A DNA stretch of 64,000 nucleotides, taken from contig NW_027361917.1 of the NCBI RefSeq assembly GCF_039654945.1, positions 4,650,001 to 4,714,000 on the forward strand, written 5' to 3'. Both the position numbers and the translations under genes were made by a program. This stretch comes from Dendrobates tinctorius (Eukaryota). The notes below the pieces were generated by a model. That model ran no database searches and was not told the DNA's origin. It saw only the letters and a list, made by a program, of their open reading frames with translations. How positions within the stretch are numbered: position 1 is the first letter of the stretch; every line of letters begins with the position of its first letter. Positions 1-13,060 of this stretch are shown here, one piece after another.

Positions 1-410
1 ATGGGAGTATTCATCAGCCAGCGCCTGCGCTATAAATAAATTAAAAAAAGGATGTAAGGTTTTTGACAACCAGCATGGCAAAACTAACAGCTGTGGGCTG
101 CAACCCTCAGCTGTGAGCTTTATAATGGATGGTTATCAAGAGTAGAGGGGTAGAGGGGTACCCACGCTGATTTTTTAAAATTATTTGAATAAATAATTTT
201 AAAAAATGGCGTGGGGTCCCCCCATTTTTGACAAAAAGCCAAGCTTAAGCAGACAGCTGGGGGCTGGCATTCCCAGGCTGGTAATGGGCCATGGATATTG
301 TCCCCCTTATCTGCTGGCTCACGCGATGACTGTGTGGGAACCGCAGCTCGCTGACCAGCGGTAATGATCGTACTGCTGATCAGAGACAGTGTTTGCCGTG
401 GAACAGGGAG
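1..410. mobile_element. Internal fragment of a non-autonomous Harbinger-like repeat family
   Basis: Shares motifs (ggggtcccc, cagacagctg, ggccatggatattg) with the 60997-62499 element and with 5690-6475. Confidence 0.55.
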
Positions 411-845
411 GGCTTTGTGAAATCCCTGTGATTGTTACCTTGAGGGGGGGATTATACAATGGAACAGGTCACTATGTTTTTTTTTCTTACTAATTCTGTA
501 TACAATTGGTGGCACTTGGAGGTACAGTACGAGCCTATGTCATGAAATTGGCACCGCCTTATAGAACCATAAAACTCCAGCTAGAAGACTAGAAGAGTAC
601 ACAAGGTGTAAGGCTGAGGTTCCATGAGAGTCACTGCCCAAAGCATCCCAACTTTCACAGTCACTCAAGCAGCATTGGCACTTGTAAACTGGTCCATCCA
701 TACAAGTAGGATCTTTGGTTGGCACATCCAAACATTACAAAATGCCTACCATTTCCTATGTGAAGACAAAGGAAAATAGTGGCGTTATTTCTCATTGCCC
801 ATTATTGAAGATGTCAATTGCCAGAAAATAATTAGACATGTGGCT

Positions 846-891
846 TTATTCGACGCGTTTCGAAGTATAATACACTTCTTCCTCAGGAAAA
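846..891 (-). ncRNA. Minimal type I hammerhead ribozyme motif (Penelope-like element type)
   Basis: Minus strand reads ttttc-CTGAGGA-a-GAAGTGT(att)ATACTTC-GAAAC-gc-GTC-gaataa: intact core, 7-bp stem II, palindromic ACGCGT stem III, short stem I. Confidence 0.72.
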
Positions 892-2492
892 ACCATACAT
901 GTTCTTGCAGTATAGTATTATTCTTCTAAACGCATCAAATAAAACATGGAACCGCAGCAGGTGAAAAGCATTCCAAAATTCATAAATTCTATGGATCTGG
1001 TTAGTCTAATCTGCTATTTCTTATTTACATGTCGACCCTATTTGTCTTATTTTCTCTCCAGTCTTTCCTACGATTTTCTATGAGAATCCCTCTGCCACCA
1101 ACAAAAATTTAAGAAGTATGCAAGAACAAAATTAATCATCACACATCATAGACAATAATCCTGAGCTACAGAAAAAAAATATTTGATCCTGAAACTTTGC
1201 TTGTGATACATAAAATCATTTCTATAACTTCAAGGCCAATCGCAGCCTTCCCTTCCGCTCATGTTCAAAGGGACATTGGCTCCTGCTTAGCAATACATCC
1301 ATATTCATTAGCACATTTCATTTTGTGATTCCTTCCTTATAATCAGTGGAGTAACCTGAAACTTGTGCGTCCCAAATGCAAAACCTCCAATAGGGCTCCA
1401 AACCAACGCAGGTCTTTTAATAGTAATAGTCTTTTCATATGGGCCAAAGGACCTTTTGGACCTCCCTATAATCCAGGGCCATTGTGACAGATCCTGCACC
1501 TCACATAGTTCCGTCCTTGCTTATTATATAAAGTAATACTGGCATTGTAAATCACACTTCAACTACTCCATATAAAAGGTACAATAACACACTAGATCGG
1601 GGGACGCCAATGGTATCCACCTGTTTATTTCCATCTCCTAAGCTATGGTGGTGGGGATCCTTGGCACGTTATACGTATGCAGCACGGCACACAATCCTTC
1701 TGGAGTCGGGGATGTTTTGCAGTGGCACTAAAGCTGGCATAGAAAGGGTTAAGTCATATGCAGAAAAGCGGATACCAGAAAAATAATAATTTAATTAGTA
1801 TTGCTGGTGCCAAGCCTGGGAAGGTTATTTTCTCAGTTTTCATTTCCACTTTAATATGTGAATTGAAAGCAGTGAGTAGCTTGGCACGGTATACCTCCCT
1901 GGCACCAGCCGAGGAAAAAGGGGACGAGCTAAGCAGAAGGAATTCCTAAGTGCAGCCAAGGGGTGCTGGTCCTGGCAGACATTAACTTCTTACTTGCAGA
2001 TCTCTATTACATTACAATATATATATATACTTCCATATAAATCCTGTATCATGTTGTGGGTGTAAGACCTTGAATATCTGTGAATACGTCACTTGTGACT
2101 GACACAAGTACCGTAAGCTATTGATAAAACTCCCAAGACAGATGCATTAGCCATGCTGCAAGTGGTTTTTGTTACAGAATCCCTTTCATCTTTTCACCCC
2201 CCCATCCTCGGCCTCGCGTCCACATTACTTATGCCGAGCCTTTAATGGATAAACAAAAACATCTGAAGGAATATTTCCTATCCCATATGTAGAATTTGGG
2301 ATGTATATTCTAGGCTACACGTTGTGTGACACACTGATTGAATTCACCGTATCTATGGATCCTTGAACCTCAGTCCTAAGATATATGAAGAAATATCAGG
2401 AGGGAGTAATTGGTGCCAGAACTTGGCCGCGTTATGAGTTCTTATGCAATACAGGCATTATGTCATATCATGGAATAACTGATGTTTCTTAC

Positions 2493-3590
2493 CGATTTGA
2501 TCCTCTGGAATCAGGGATTCAATTGGAGGGTCCAATTCTGAGCTCTGGGCCAAGTAATTCTTAACCTGTGTCATAAATTGTCGGATGGTGTGCAGCATAT
2601 CTGTGCTGGAGACGTGGCAGTCCTTATTCTCCTGCAGAAAACTGATGTAATCCTGTACGAGACACCCAAAATACGTACACTTGTCCCGAGACATGGCAAC
2701 TATCTTCTTAATCATCTTCTTCTCTGGTGTCACCAGGGAACTGAACACTCCGCTCATTTTGCGCAGGTGACTTTTCACAATTTTGGAGAGTCCCAGAGTC
2801 GTAGCCCTTTTATTTTTGGACTTTACTGGTGGCGCGATGCTCTCCTGGTCACTTTCTTCTTCACAATCCTCCAAGCTGTCACCTTCGTAAAATGCGGGCA
2901 CCATGCGGTCGTACTCATAGGAGTCCGATGAAGATGTAGAGATGCTCATATCACTCAGGCGCTGGATGCGTAAGGTGCCCTGCATCGGGGAATTGCTGAT
3001 CTGGTTGACATTCATGTTCTGCATCGGTTTCTGAGGTGGAGATTCTTCAGGTTGAGAGTCAAAAGAAGATGTACAGGAGCTATTAAGTGATGGGGTCTGG
3101 TCGTTGTTTTGCCACCTGTTAATAGTAGCCTGTCTCTTCAAGCGAGGAGGGGGGATAGGAGCAACAGTTTTAGGAGAGTCCAAGTTCCCGTGTCTTGTAT
3201 TAATAAGTGTTTCTGGCATGCTTGGCTCTGACTGTACAGCTCTGGACAGCTGAAAGGTTGTGCGACGACTGTTAATGGAAGGGGGTGGGGGCCTGGGAGG
3301 TGGGGATCTCGCCCTCTCTAGGCCATTTGCTTCTAGGGTTCTTGTGCTGTCCCTCTTCAAGCTTCCTCCGGAGCCTTGGCTGTGCACTTTTAAGAAAAGA
3401 GGATTAATGAAACACAGAGCTCCGTTGGTCTGGCTACATTCCAGTTCTGAGGGCGTTCTGGTGCGGAGAGAATGCACTCCATTTATAAGAGGTAGATGAT
3501 GTGACTGCCTCTTGACACTGCCTTGGGGGAGAGGCTTGGGAGAAGGTGGAGGATATTTTGGTCTGATGTTTGCAGAAGATTTCCAGAAGT
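2493..3590 (-). CDS. RIN2: RIN2 large coding exon (proline-rich region and start of RIN-homology region)
   Basis: 1098 bp, acceptor ttcttttaag and donor G|gtaaga, phase 1 to 1. Contains ORF 2458..3477: RTPSELECSQTNGALCFINPLF, PPPRPPPP, RLSDMSISTSSSDS, ELDPPIESLIPEDQI. Confidence 0.97.
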
Positions 3591-3944
3591 CTTAAAAGAA
3601 AAAAAAAAGCACAAAACAACAATCAGTGTGTGAAAGAAACATGTGCAGAAATATGTATCTGGTATTAAATTAGTAGAATCGATAACTTTCACAAGTTTAC
3701 AAGAAAATTAATCTACTTTAGATTACACACGATGACACACGAACATCAGGGTGGCACAACAACATCGGCAAGTCAGTCAGTGCGGGTTACTCATTATGGC
3801 ATTTACTGCACACTACAAACTCACAGAGAAGGGAACAGACATTCACACTATGTAGTAACAGGATCTGTCACTGGATCAGATCCTTTAGCATCAGGACTTT
3901 TAAGTGGGTTACAATGCCTAGTTTCAGAACCTATTGTGTAGTTT

Positions 3945-4950
3945 CAGGACCTGTAGATGGGTCACAATGTGTAGTATCAGGGCCTGTAGATGGCTCACAT
4001 TGCGCAGTATCAGGACCTGTAGATGTGTCACATTGTGTAGTATCAGGACCTGTAGATGGGTCACATTGTGCAGTATGAGGACCTGTAGATGAATCACATT
4101 GCGCAGTATCAGGACCTGTAGATGTGTCACATTGTGTAGTATCAGGACCTGTAGATGGGTCACATTGTGCAGTATGAGGACCTGTAGATGGATCACATTG
4201 CGCAGTATCAGGACCTGTAGATGTGTCACATTGTGTAGTATCAGGACCTGTAGATGGCTCACATTGCGCAGTATCAGGACCTGTAGATGTGTCACATTGG
4301 GTAGTTTCAGGACCTGTAGATGGGTCACATTGTGCAGTATGAGGACCTGTAGATGGCTCACATTGCGCAGTATCAGGACCTGTAGATGTGTCACATTGGG
4401 TAGTTTCAGGACCTGTAGATGGGTCACATTGTGCAGTATGAGGACCTGTAGATGGATCACATTGTGTAGTATCACGACCTGTAGATGGGTCACATTGTGC
4501 AGTATCAGGACGTGTAGATGGGTCACAATGTGCAGTATCAGGACCTGTAGATGGGTCACATTGTGCAGTCTCAGGGCTGGTAGATGGGTCACATTGTGTA
4601 GTATCAGGACCTGTAGATGGGTCACAATGTGCAGTATCAGGACCTGTAGATGGGTCACATTGTGCAGTCTCAGGGCTGGTAGATGGGTCACATTGTGTAG
4701 TATCAGGACCTGTAGATGGGTCACAATGTGCAGTATCAGGACCTGTAGATGGGTCACAATGTGCAGTATCAGGACCTGTAGATGGGTCACATTGTGTAGT
4801 ATCAGGACCTGTAGATGGGTCACAATGTGCAGTATCAGGACCTGTAGATGGGTCACATTGTGTAGTATCAGGAACTGTAGATGGGTCACATTGTGCAGTA
4901 TCAGGACCTGTAGATGGGTCACATTGTCACATTGTGCAGTATCAGGACCT
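3945..4950. repeat. 33-bp minisatellite, about 30 copies
   Basis: Unit gtagatgggtcacattgtgcagtatcaggacct; it produces the stop-free ORFs 3924..4922(-) and 4099..5085(+). Confidence 0.95.
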
Positions 4951-5689
4951 TTCTATGGGTCAGTCACAAAAATTAAATTAGTAATCCATAATGTACGTGA
5001 TCCCGGTATTGTAGACATACCATTGTGGAGATTCCTATATCTTTTACATTTAATAACATATTTTATCATTTTAACACTTGTGTAGTCATGCAGCTAAGAG
5101 ACTTTTCTTCGCTAGGAGTATGTACTATTTCATCATTTCACTATAATCTAGAGCGATCCTGGATATTCAGATATTCCCGTGCATTGACTTTAGCTCTGCA
5201 GGTAAAGTTATGTGACTTCATGCCTTGGAGGCACACATTGTGTCACACCTTATTTACAATGAAAGTCATTGTTCAAGAAATCATAATAAATACAATTTTT
5301 CATTGACCTACATGGGAAATTCCCTTGGGTTTTTTCAGTTAAACTATAAGAATATATTGTCACCAAAAAACCAATTAGAAGAAAACCGGCATCGAAGTAA
5401 TAAAGAAAAAACTTGGGCTACCCATTCGTGGACGTACAGGTAGAGACATTTAAAACTGCAAATTAACAAATTCTAAAAGTTAGAGGAGTATATACATCCA
5501 TCACTAAGTCAGATTTTTTTTTTACACTTTCTTATAATTAAAACTGACAGTCATCACCACGTAGCATCTAGTCTCTCCTAGACATTCGTCTCCAGCATAT
5601 TACATGCTGAGCAGACTTATGTGCAACAGCAGCTACTACTTTCAGTCATCTGGGCTGCTGAGGGTTGATGTTCTTAGCATGAGAGGGGG

Positions 5690-6475
5690 GTCAATACCCA
5701 TGGCCCCTTCTCAGGCTATTAATAACAGCCCACAGCTGTCTGTTTAGCCTTTGCTGGTTAGAATTTATAGGGGGACCTTTAGTCATTTTTTTCTGGGGTC
5801 TCCCTAAACTAATCAATAAAGGCTAAGTGAGCGGTTATTAATAACCTGGGAACCTTTTGGGATATTGTCCCCTTTCTCAGATTATTAACATAAGCCCACA
5901 GCCGTGGGCTTTCCCTCTGCTGGTTATGAAAATTATGCGGGAGCCCACGCCTTATTTATTTTACACACGATGTACACAGCTGGTGCTGAATACAACTCCC
6001 ATCACTGTTGCCTGGTCGCACTTATCGCAGAGAGACCAAGTGACAATGATCCAAGCTGTCTTCAGCACCCGGGGCCTGGTAACAGCGCGAACAGTACCGC
6101 TTTTTCCCAGGTGCCGGAAAAGATGTAATCCAAGTGAAAATCATGTGCATGTGTTCAGTACGTTTTGCAGCCTGTGCTACTGATAAAAAACTTACATGTC
6201 ATCGTGTTTTGCCCACAGACCCACGTTCTGTGGAGACACAATGATGTGCGCCTACCCATTCATTCACTGACACTGGCGTATAATACGCAGTAGTGCAATG
6301 CGACAAAATCCCGCATTGCACTCTGACCAGTGTTATTCAATGAGGCAGAGAAGATCTGTGAATTATGTCGGTCGGACCACGGTAGCTTCACACTCAGCTC
6401 AAGTTCGCAGCGGAGTTTGAGCAGAGTTTTATTAGCATATCGCAACTGATGCTATACACTAATGTGACCCCAGGC
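5690..6475. mobile_element. Degenerate Harbinger-like non-autonomous element fragment
   Basis: Internal similarity to 60997-62499; ends tgtgaccccaggc followed by TAA. Confidence 0.5.
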
Positions 6476-7911
6476 TAAGTAACATTTCAGGACAAGCGTA
6501 TTGTCCTGACAAGGAACAGAGAAAAGTATTTTGCAGGGCAGGCAAGGCAAAAGAAAGCTGAAAGCTCCTTTTTTTTTCCAGCCTCAGCCCAGATCATCAG
6601 CTGCTTGGCTTTACCCCCATCTCTGTGCCTGTAAACACACAGCTGCATGCGTGTGGATTGCAAGACTAGGAATTTAGCACAGTGCGTGGTCAGAAAGAAA
6701 AAAAGACATGCTGTGTGCTTTCATAGATTATAACCATGAGTAACAGGAAACTCTGCTAAGAAATCAAACATATGTCTGGCCTACTTGTAGGAGGCCCAGG
6801 ACTGATGTAGAAGGAGGAAAGACGAGAGCACTCAAATGTTTATCTCATGCAGGCCAAGTAGGTTGTCAGAAAATCTGCTTTTTGTAAGTTTCTAAAGTTA
6901 GCTTCAGTATGGATATAGTTCCAGTTACAGAAAATAAACTACAAATTATTTGTAAAGGAAGTAAAATCACATAGCTCGCCGTGCTACAATGTTTCTGGAA
7001 CCACCCCATTCACTTCTAGGGGAGGCATGGACTACATTTGGCTGCCACATTTAAGGAGGTATATTCATCCCAGCTACAAATAAGATGGGAAATAACCCAG
7101 ATCAAATCAAAGTGTACCGGAAGAAGAAACAAGGTGAAGAGGAAGACCAGCACACAATGGCTTGTTACAATCAAGAAAGCGGTGGAGATGACCATGGTGG
7201 ACCTATCTAAGCTGTAGGAAATAAGAAAATCCACATTCTGCAGATCTGTTAGGGTCCCAGCAGTCAGACACACACCGATTAACAAGTTATCACCTATCCC
7301 ACGAAATGCTTTAATTGGAAAACCCTTGTAAGTATTTCATAGTTAAATGCTGACCCACTGGTAGAAGTGATTTGTTTGCTTAGGTGCACAGGTCTAAGGG
7401 CTTGTTTACACTGTTCAACTGGCCAAATAGCTACATAGAAGCCAACCAGTGGTCGTTTCATAGACAGGCCAGATGCGCTTTTCATGTGCGCTGATAGATC
7501 ACTAATAGATTGTTCTCGGCAGCACATGTCCTATTTACACTGGAGTTGTATGTGCTGCTTAGAATGATGATTCTAAAGCAAACTTTAAAAGTAATTTCCC
7601 TTGGCAGACATGTTTCTGCTTGTTTGTTGAGTGGTTGGTAGCCTATAAGACACTGGGCGATTATCGGAAAACTCATTCCCAGAAATCACACAGTGTAAAT
7701 GAGCCCTAAGCTTAGGCATGATACACATGGCATAGGTACTGTGCAGCACAACTAAGGAGCTGGCAAGAACGCCTCATGTCTCCATCATGTCCTGCATGGA
7801 TAGAGCTAGTCTCTATGCCTTGAGTCATGGGCACTTCCATGAGTGTCCTCGTAGAGCTCCGTACAGCATAGGACCTGACAATGGGGCATAATAATTACTA
7901 CATTCACTCAC

Positions 7912-8003
7912 CGATCCCCAGTTGAGAAATATCTTCAAGTTCAGCATCGGACTTGGCTTTGGCAATGGCGTGAGGCAACTTCAAAGTAAAGGGAAGGACA
8001 TCC
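7912..8003 (-). CDS. RIN2: RIN2 coding exon (DVLPFTLKLPHAIAKAKSDAELEDISQLGI)
   Basis: 92 bp, acceptor gccaacag and donor G|gtgagt, phase 2 to 1. RDVLPFTLKLP motif ending the SH2 domain. Confidence 0.95.
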
Positions 8004-8746
8004 CTGTTGGCAAAGACAAATAAAACGGAGCATTAATACAGATATTTTGTTGTTGTTTTTTTATAGAGCCACTTTACTGATCACGTTTATACAGTTTACA
8101 CACGTGAATAGGTATTTAGAAGATGAGCCCAATAGTTGGGCTTGAATGCTGTTCATACTAGTGCAGTTTTGGTGCTGTTTTTTAACGTTTTTGTTAAGAA
8201 ACAGTTTTGTGTGCAATGTACATTCATTCAATGCTGTTCAGTGTTCCTTAAATTTGGTTAAGGGCTCTAATTTCTCCCAAAAGAAATTTCATACAATACT
8301 GTGACATGCCGGCTAAAGCCGTAACAGGCTGCATAACACATCACAACTTCTGGGTGGCCACAAATAGACACCTATAGCCCAGATATTCATGACAGAGTAT
8401 CGCAAAAACCCATTTGATTTTTCTCTTTTAAAGCTGGCAATCTTGACCACGTGCAGCAAAAGGAGGTAAAAAAGGACAGATCTATATAACATGCAGAATA
8501 TACACAGAAAACCAATTTCATGCACATACTGCCATGCATTGTCGTGTAGTACATAGCCACAGTACCAGGTAAAGTCATACAATTGTAATGTAGAGCCACC
8601 AAGCACCAACATAAGGCTATATTTGTGTCCACAGATTGGCCAAAGGCGCCCAGAGAATGCCTGGCTCTTGACTAAATGTCACCGAAGGGCACACAAATGC
8701 TGCACCATAATTGTGCACTGTGTGAACATGGTCAAAACTGTACATA

Positions 8747-10239
8747 CAGTGGCATATAGAAGTTTGGGCCCCCTGGTCAAAATTAATCTTATTGTGAATA
8801 GTTAAGCAAGTTAAAGATGAAAAGATGTTAAAAAAAAACTAAAAATAAACATTTCCTTTGCTTTTTAGGCAACAAAAAAAGTCATATTTTACAATCTAAA
8901 AATTACAAAAAGGAAAATAGGCCGATGCCAAAGTTTGGGCACCTTGCATGGTTAGTAGCTTTCTCTTTTGCAAATATCATAGCTTGTAAACATCACTTTT
9001 TGTAGACAGCAAAGAGACTTTCAATTCTTGTTTGAGGGATTTTCATCCATTCTTTGGAAAACTCTTCCAGTTCTGTGAGATTCCTGGGTCATGTTGCATG
9101 CACTGCTATTTTGAGGTCTAGCAACAGGTTTTCAATGCTGTTCAGATCAGGGGACTGTGAGGGCCATTGTAAAACCTTCAGCTTGCACCTTTTGAGGTAG
9201 TCTATTGTGGATTTTGACGTGTGTTTAGGATCATTATCCATTTGTAGAAGCCATCGTCTTTTCAACTTCAGCTTTTTTTTTTTTTTTACAGATGGTGTTA
9301 TGTTAGTATCAAGAATTTGTTGAAATTTCATTAAATCTATTCTTCCCTCTACCCGTGAAATGTTCCCCATGAGATTGGCTGCAACACAACCCCAAAGCAT
9401 GATTGATCCACTCCCAATATGGCAATATGTTATTTTCCTGAAATTGTGTCCTTTTTTTCTCCACACATACCTTTTATCATTGCGGCCAAAGACTTCTATT
9501 TTACCCTCATCAGTCCACAGGACTTATTTCCAAAATGGATCAGGCTTGTTTAGATGTTCTTTCATACTTCTGATGCTGAATTTTATGGAGAGGATGCAGG
9601 AGAGGTTTTCTTCTGATGACTCTTCCATGAAAGCCATATTTGTGCCGGTGTCTCTGAACAGTAGAACAATGTACCACAACTCCTGAGTCTGCTAAATCTT
9701 TCTGAAGGTCTTTTGCAGTCAAGTGGAGGTTCTGATTTGCCTCTCTAGCAATCCTACAAGCAGCTCTCACTGAAATTTTGCTTGGTCTTCCAAAACTTAT
9801 CTTGACCTCCACTGTTCCTGTTAACTGCCATTTCTTAATTTACATTTCAAACTGAGGAAAGGGAAACTTGAAAACGCTTTGCTATCTTCTTCTAGTCTTC
9901 TCCGGCTTTGTGGACCTCCACCATTTTCATTTTCATTTTCAGAATGCAAGGCAGCTGCTAGAAGAACCCATGGCTCCAGTTTTTTGGTACAAGGATAGAG
10001 GAGGCTGTGTTTTTATAAGGCTGAGAAATTTGCATCACCTGGCCTTTCCTAACGATGATAGTGAATACACCATAACCCTAACAGGCTAATTACGGTCTGA
10101 AACCTTGATCAAAGTTATCTGAGCACACGTGTGATCTTTAACTTTAGGCCTTTTAGAGGTTATTTCATCTTCAACTTGCTTAACTGTTCACAATAACAGT
10201 AATTTTGACCAGGGGTGCCCAAACTTCTACATGTCACTG
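8747..10239 (-). mobile_element. Tc1 (DD34E) transposon with both ends, decayed transposase
   Basis: TA-flanked TIRs cagtggcatatagaagtttggg...cccaaacttctacatgtcactg. Frameshifted transposase has GRPSK, WTDE, MDNDPKH and WPSQSPDLNSIE (D-34-E spacing). Confidence 0.93.
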
Positions 10240-12700
10240 TAGCTGACAAGGAGCTTTGGATACAGATCTGTATAGATCATTATTACGGCTATGGGAATTC
10301 AGTTGGAAATACTTGTTATTTAGGAAACTTTCATATTTCCAGAGGAAACATTTTTGGCTCCTTGAATACACTGCAGCAACAAATTGAGGAGCAAGAAGCG
10401 CACCATAACCAAACTGCAAAAAATACTGTATAATCTGCTTGGAAATACCAGCATTTTCAGCGAATTGATGGGCTTCTTACACAGAATCTGATGTCCCTAG
10501 AAAAAGAATACAACATCTCGATACAGTGGACTTCAATGCTCCAGTGTCCACATTCAATTAAGACAGAAATCCATAGCAAAACCGCAATAAATCCGTGACT
10601 AACGCGACGCTCAGCAGTTTAATTAAAATTTCCACTGAAATACTTCTTGTAACGCTTTCCAAGAATGGCTTCTTTATTAAAACCATGATGGTAATCGCTT
10701 TAATAGCGGAGAAAATCAAGATTTATTTGCATGGAGATTTTGCACCCATAGAGTGAACTTCGCCTTGTAACGGTCTTTGTAAATGGATAGTAAAGTAGAT
10801 TGCACAGGTTTATGCAAGGCTACACTTAGGAGATATTTAAAATATAAAACCTAAGACAACATGTGGAACTTAGTAGTTTTATATATACTAAGTAACGATG
10901 TGCGATAATACGTTTATACGCGCTTTATCCCTCGGTTATTGGCACGCATATAAATTTCAGTAAAGCTTTCATGGCTGCATTATGTCATTTCTCTATAAAC
11001 ACTGAGGTCAAGTAAGACGGAGCAAGCGCAGCGTGCTTCCAAAATGCTTTTTCTACCTACAGCACCAAGTCCTGCTTATACACAGCATGAACAGAAAAGT
11101 TTATTTGAGGTTACTTAGGATGTGCCGTCCAAAAACAGCATTGTATAAAGCAGCCTGGAAGCAGGCCAACAGCTTGGAACAAATGTGCATGAATGAAGAG
11201 TTTCTGAGGTCGCATCTTAGTGTCAGGGAACCTGATCACAAAGAGGAACTCTTCATAATACTGGGGATATGTAGGATACTAGATAACACTAGATAGCACT
11301 AGATAACAATGATCTGATGCTGATAAATATCTCAGTTATATTTCGCACCATAAAGAGATATCAAAAACCATTACGTTATACATGGAGGACACAAGAGCCT
11401 AATGCCGTAGCCTCTACAACCTGTAGTATCTCAAGACCCTCCTCTGACCAACCTGCCTCCATCATAAACATGCTAATTACAATTATAGCATGATCTGTGG
11501 ATAAATCTTTAAACAAGACCTTTCTACACATTTTTCAGATGGTACAGCACAGTTGAGCTCAGCAATGTCACATTACAAATCCTCCTATTAGCTCTCCTCC
11601 TCTCATAGCTTTGTCAGCTCTGCTGTACTGCCCCTCTCCTCACTCTGCCTGACCGGAGACAGTGAATCACACTTATGTTTGTTGTGCTTAAATAAAGTGA
11701 AAGAAGTGTTTCTAATGTGACACATCTAAACTCAGCTAAGCTGCCCATTCCTGCACAGGGACTGTATCTGAAAGGTGCGAGTCACCTGTGCTCTGTAATC
11801 ATGCAGGAGGTTAGACCAGGAGATCACAGCAGTCTGTCATTATACATCTCACACTCTGAAAAACCTAAACTATTGCGGGGGTGTGTTATTTTTCTGCTTT
11901 GTTGTTGCCTGCTTATGATTAGTTAAGAGTCAAACATAGAAACACGTCCCAAGTGAAAATTATTTGGCAACACTCACTTGGATTTCCCGAAAATTAACTC
12001 ATTGAGGGCCAAATACTTTGATTGCTAATATCTCCGCAACAGATAGGCAAAATAAAAAAACATGCTTTATTCTGCTCTGCAGCCACTATTATATCGTATG
12101 TCCAGATCAACATGAAAAAAATGGTGAAAGGTTGTCTTTAAGAAGGTTTTTCTAATTGTCTAATTTCTGATAGCTATAACTAGAGGCCCAACCCCCCCAA
12201 AACAGAATCGCAAAGTGTCAATGGTATGTCAAAAGGCCTGGAGTTCCCTGACGGCACTCACTGCTGCCATCTTTGTGCTCCTGCCACAGACTTGAGGTCA
12301 GCAACGTTGGCGCTGAGTCTTCCAGGACTTGCGTGATATTGCTATGCCACGTTTGTCCCTCCAGCCAATAAATGGCCTCTAATGGGCAGCTGCGCTCTTA
12401 CTTTCCACAAATGAATACCAGACAAGCAGAATATGGGAGAGTGCAGTAGCCCAATAATGGTCGCTGATTGGTTGCAGGGCTCAAGTGGCATAACAATGCC
12501 ATGCGAACACTAGCAGACCTGGCACCAACATTGGTGAAGTGAATCCAGTGCAGGAGGTATATTTTACTTTGTCTAGGTAGTAGACAACCCCTTTAAGTAT
12601 AGAAATATATATTGTTCAAGTGATCAAACAAACCCTAGGAAATGTAAAAGATGAAGTGAAATCAAGTAAAAATTAAGATAAAATGAAAATCTGGGAGTAC

Positions 12701-13060
12701 CATGATGTAGGGTCAGAGGCCCTGATTCCAGTTGCCTGTCCCTTACTGGGCTGCTTCCTGCAGATTTAATTAAATCACTGTTTTATTTGCAGCAGATCGA
12801 GCAGCTCTCTGAATACTGAGCTCTGTATAACCCCACCTACACCACTGACTGGCAGCTTTCTTCCTATGCACATTTGCTGCTTTCTATGCACAATCAGTGG
12901 TGGTTATATAGAGCTCATTAATATGTAGGGCTGCCTGGCAACAGGTTTACTAGTCCTCTCATGATAATCTGTTTATAAACCAGTGATTTTATCAAAACTA
13001 CAGCAACCAGACCACTAAGTGACGCATCAATGGAATCAGGGGCTCTGCCTCTACAACATG
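12701..13060. mobile_element. Degenerate palindromic MITE remnant
   Basis: Inverted arms catgatgtagggtcagaggccctgattcca / tggaatcaggggctctgcctctacaacatg; termini eroded. Confidence 0.5.

Noticed and set aside
1-2492. Next RIN2 exon (DVVLEKAMHKC..., VPS9 region)
   Set aside because: No matching sequence found by eye; it presumably lies beyond the window start.
9500-9525. CTGATGAG on the minus strand
   Set aside because: It is the WTDE catalytic codon run of the Tc1 transposase and has no hammerhead stems.
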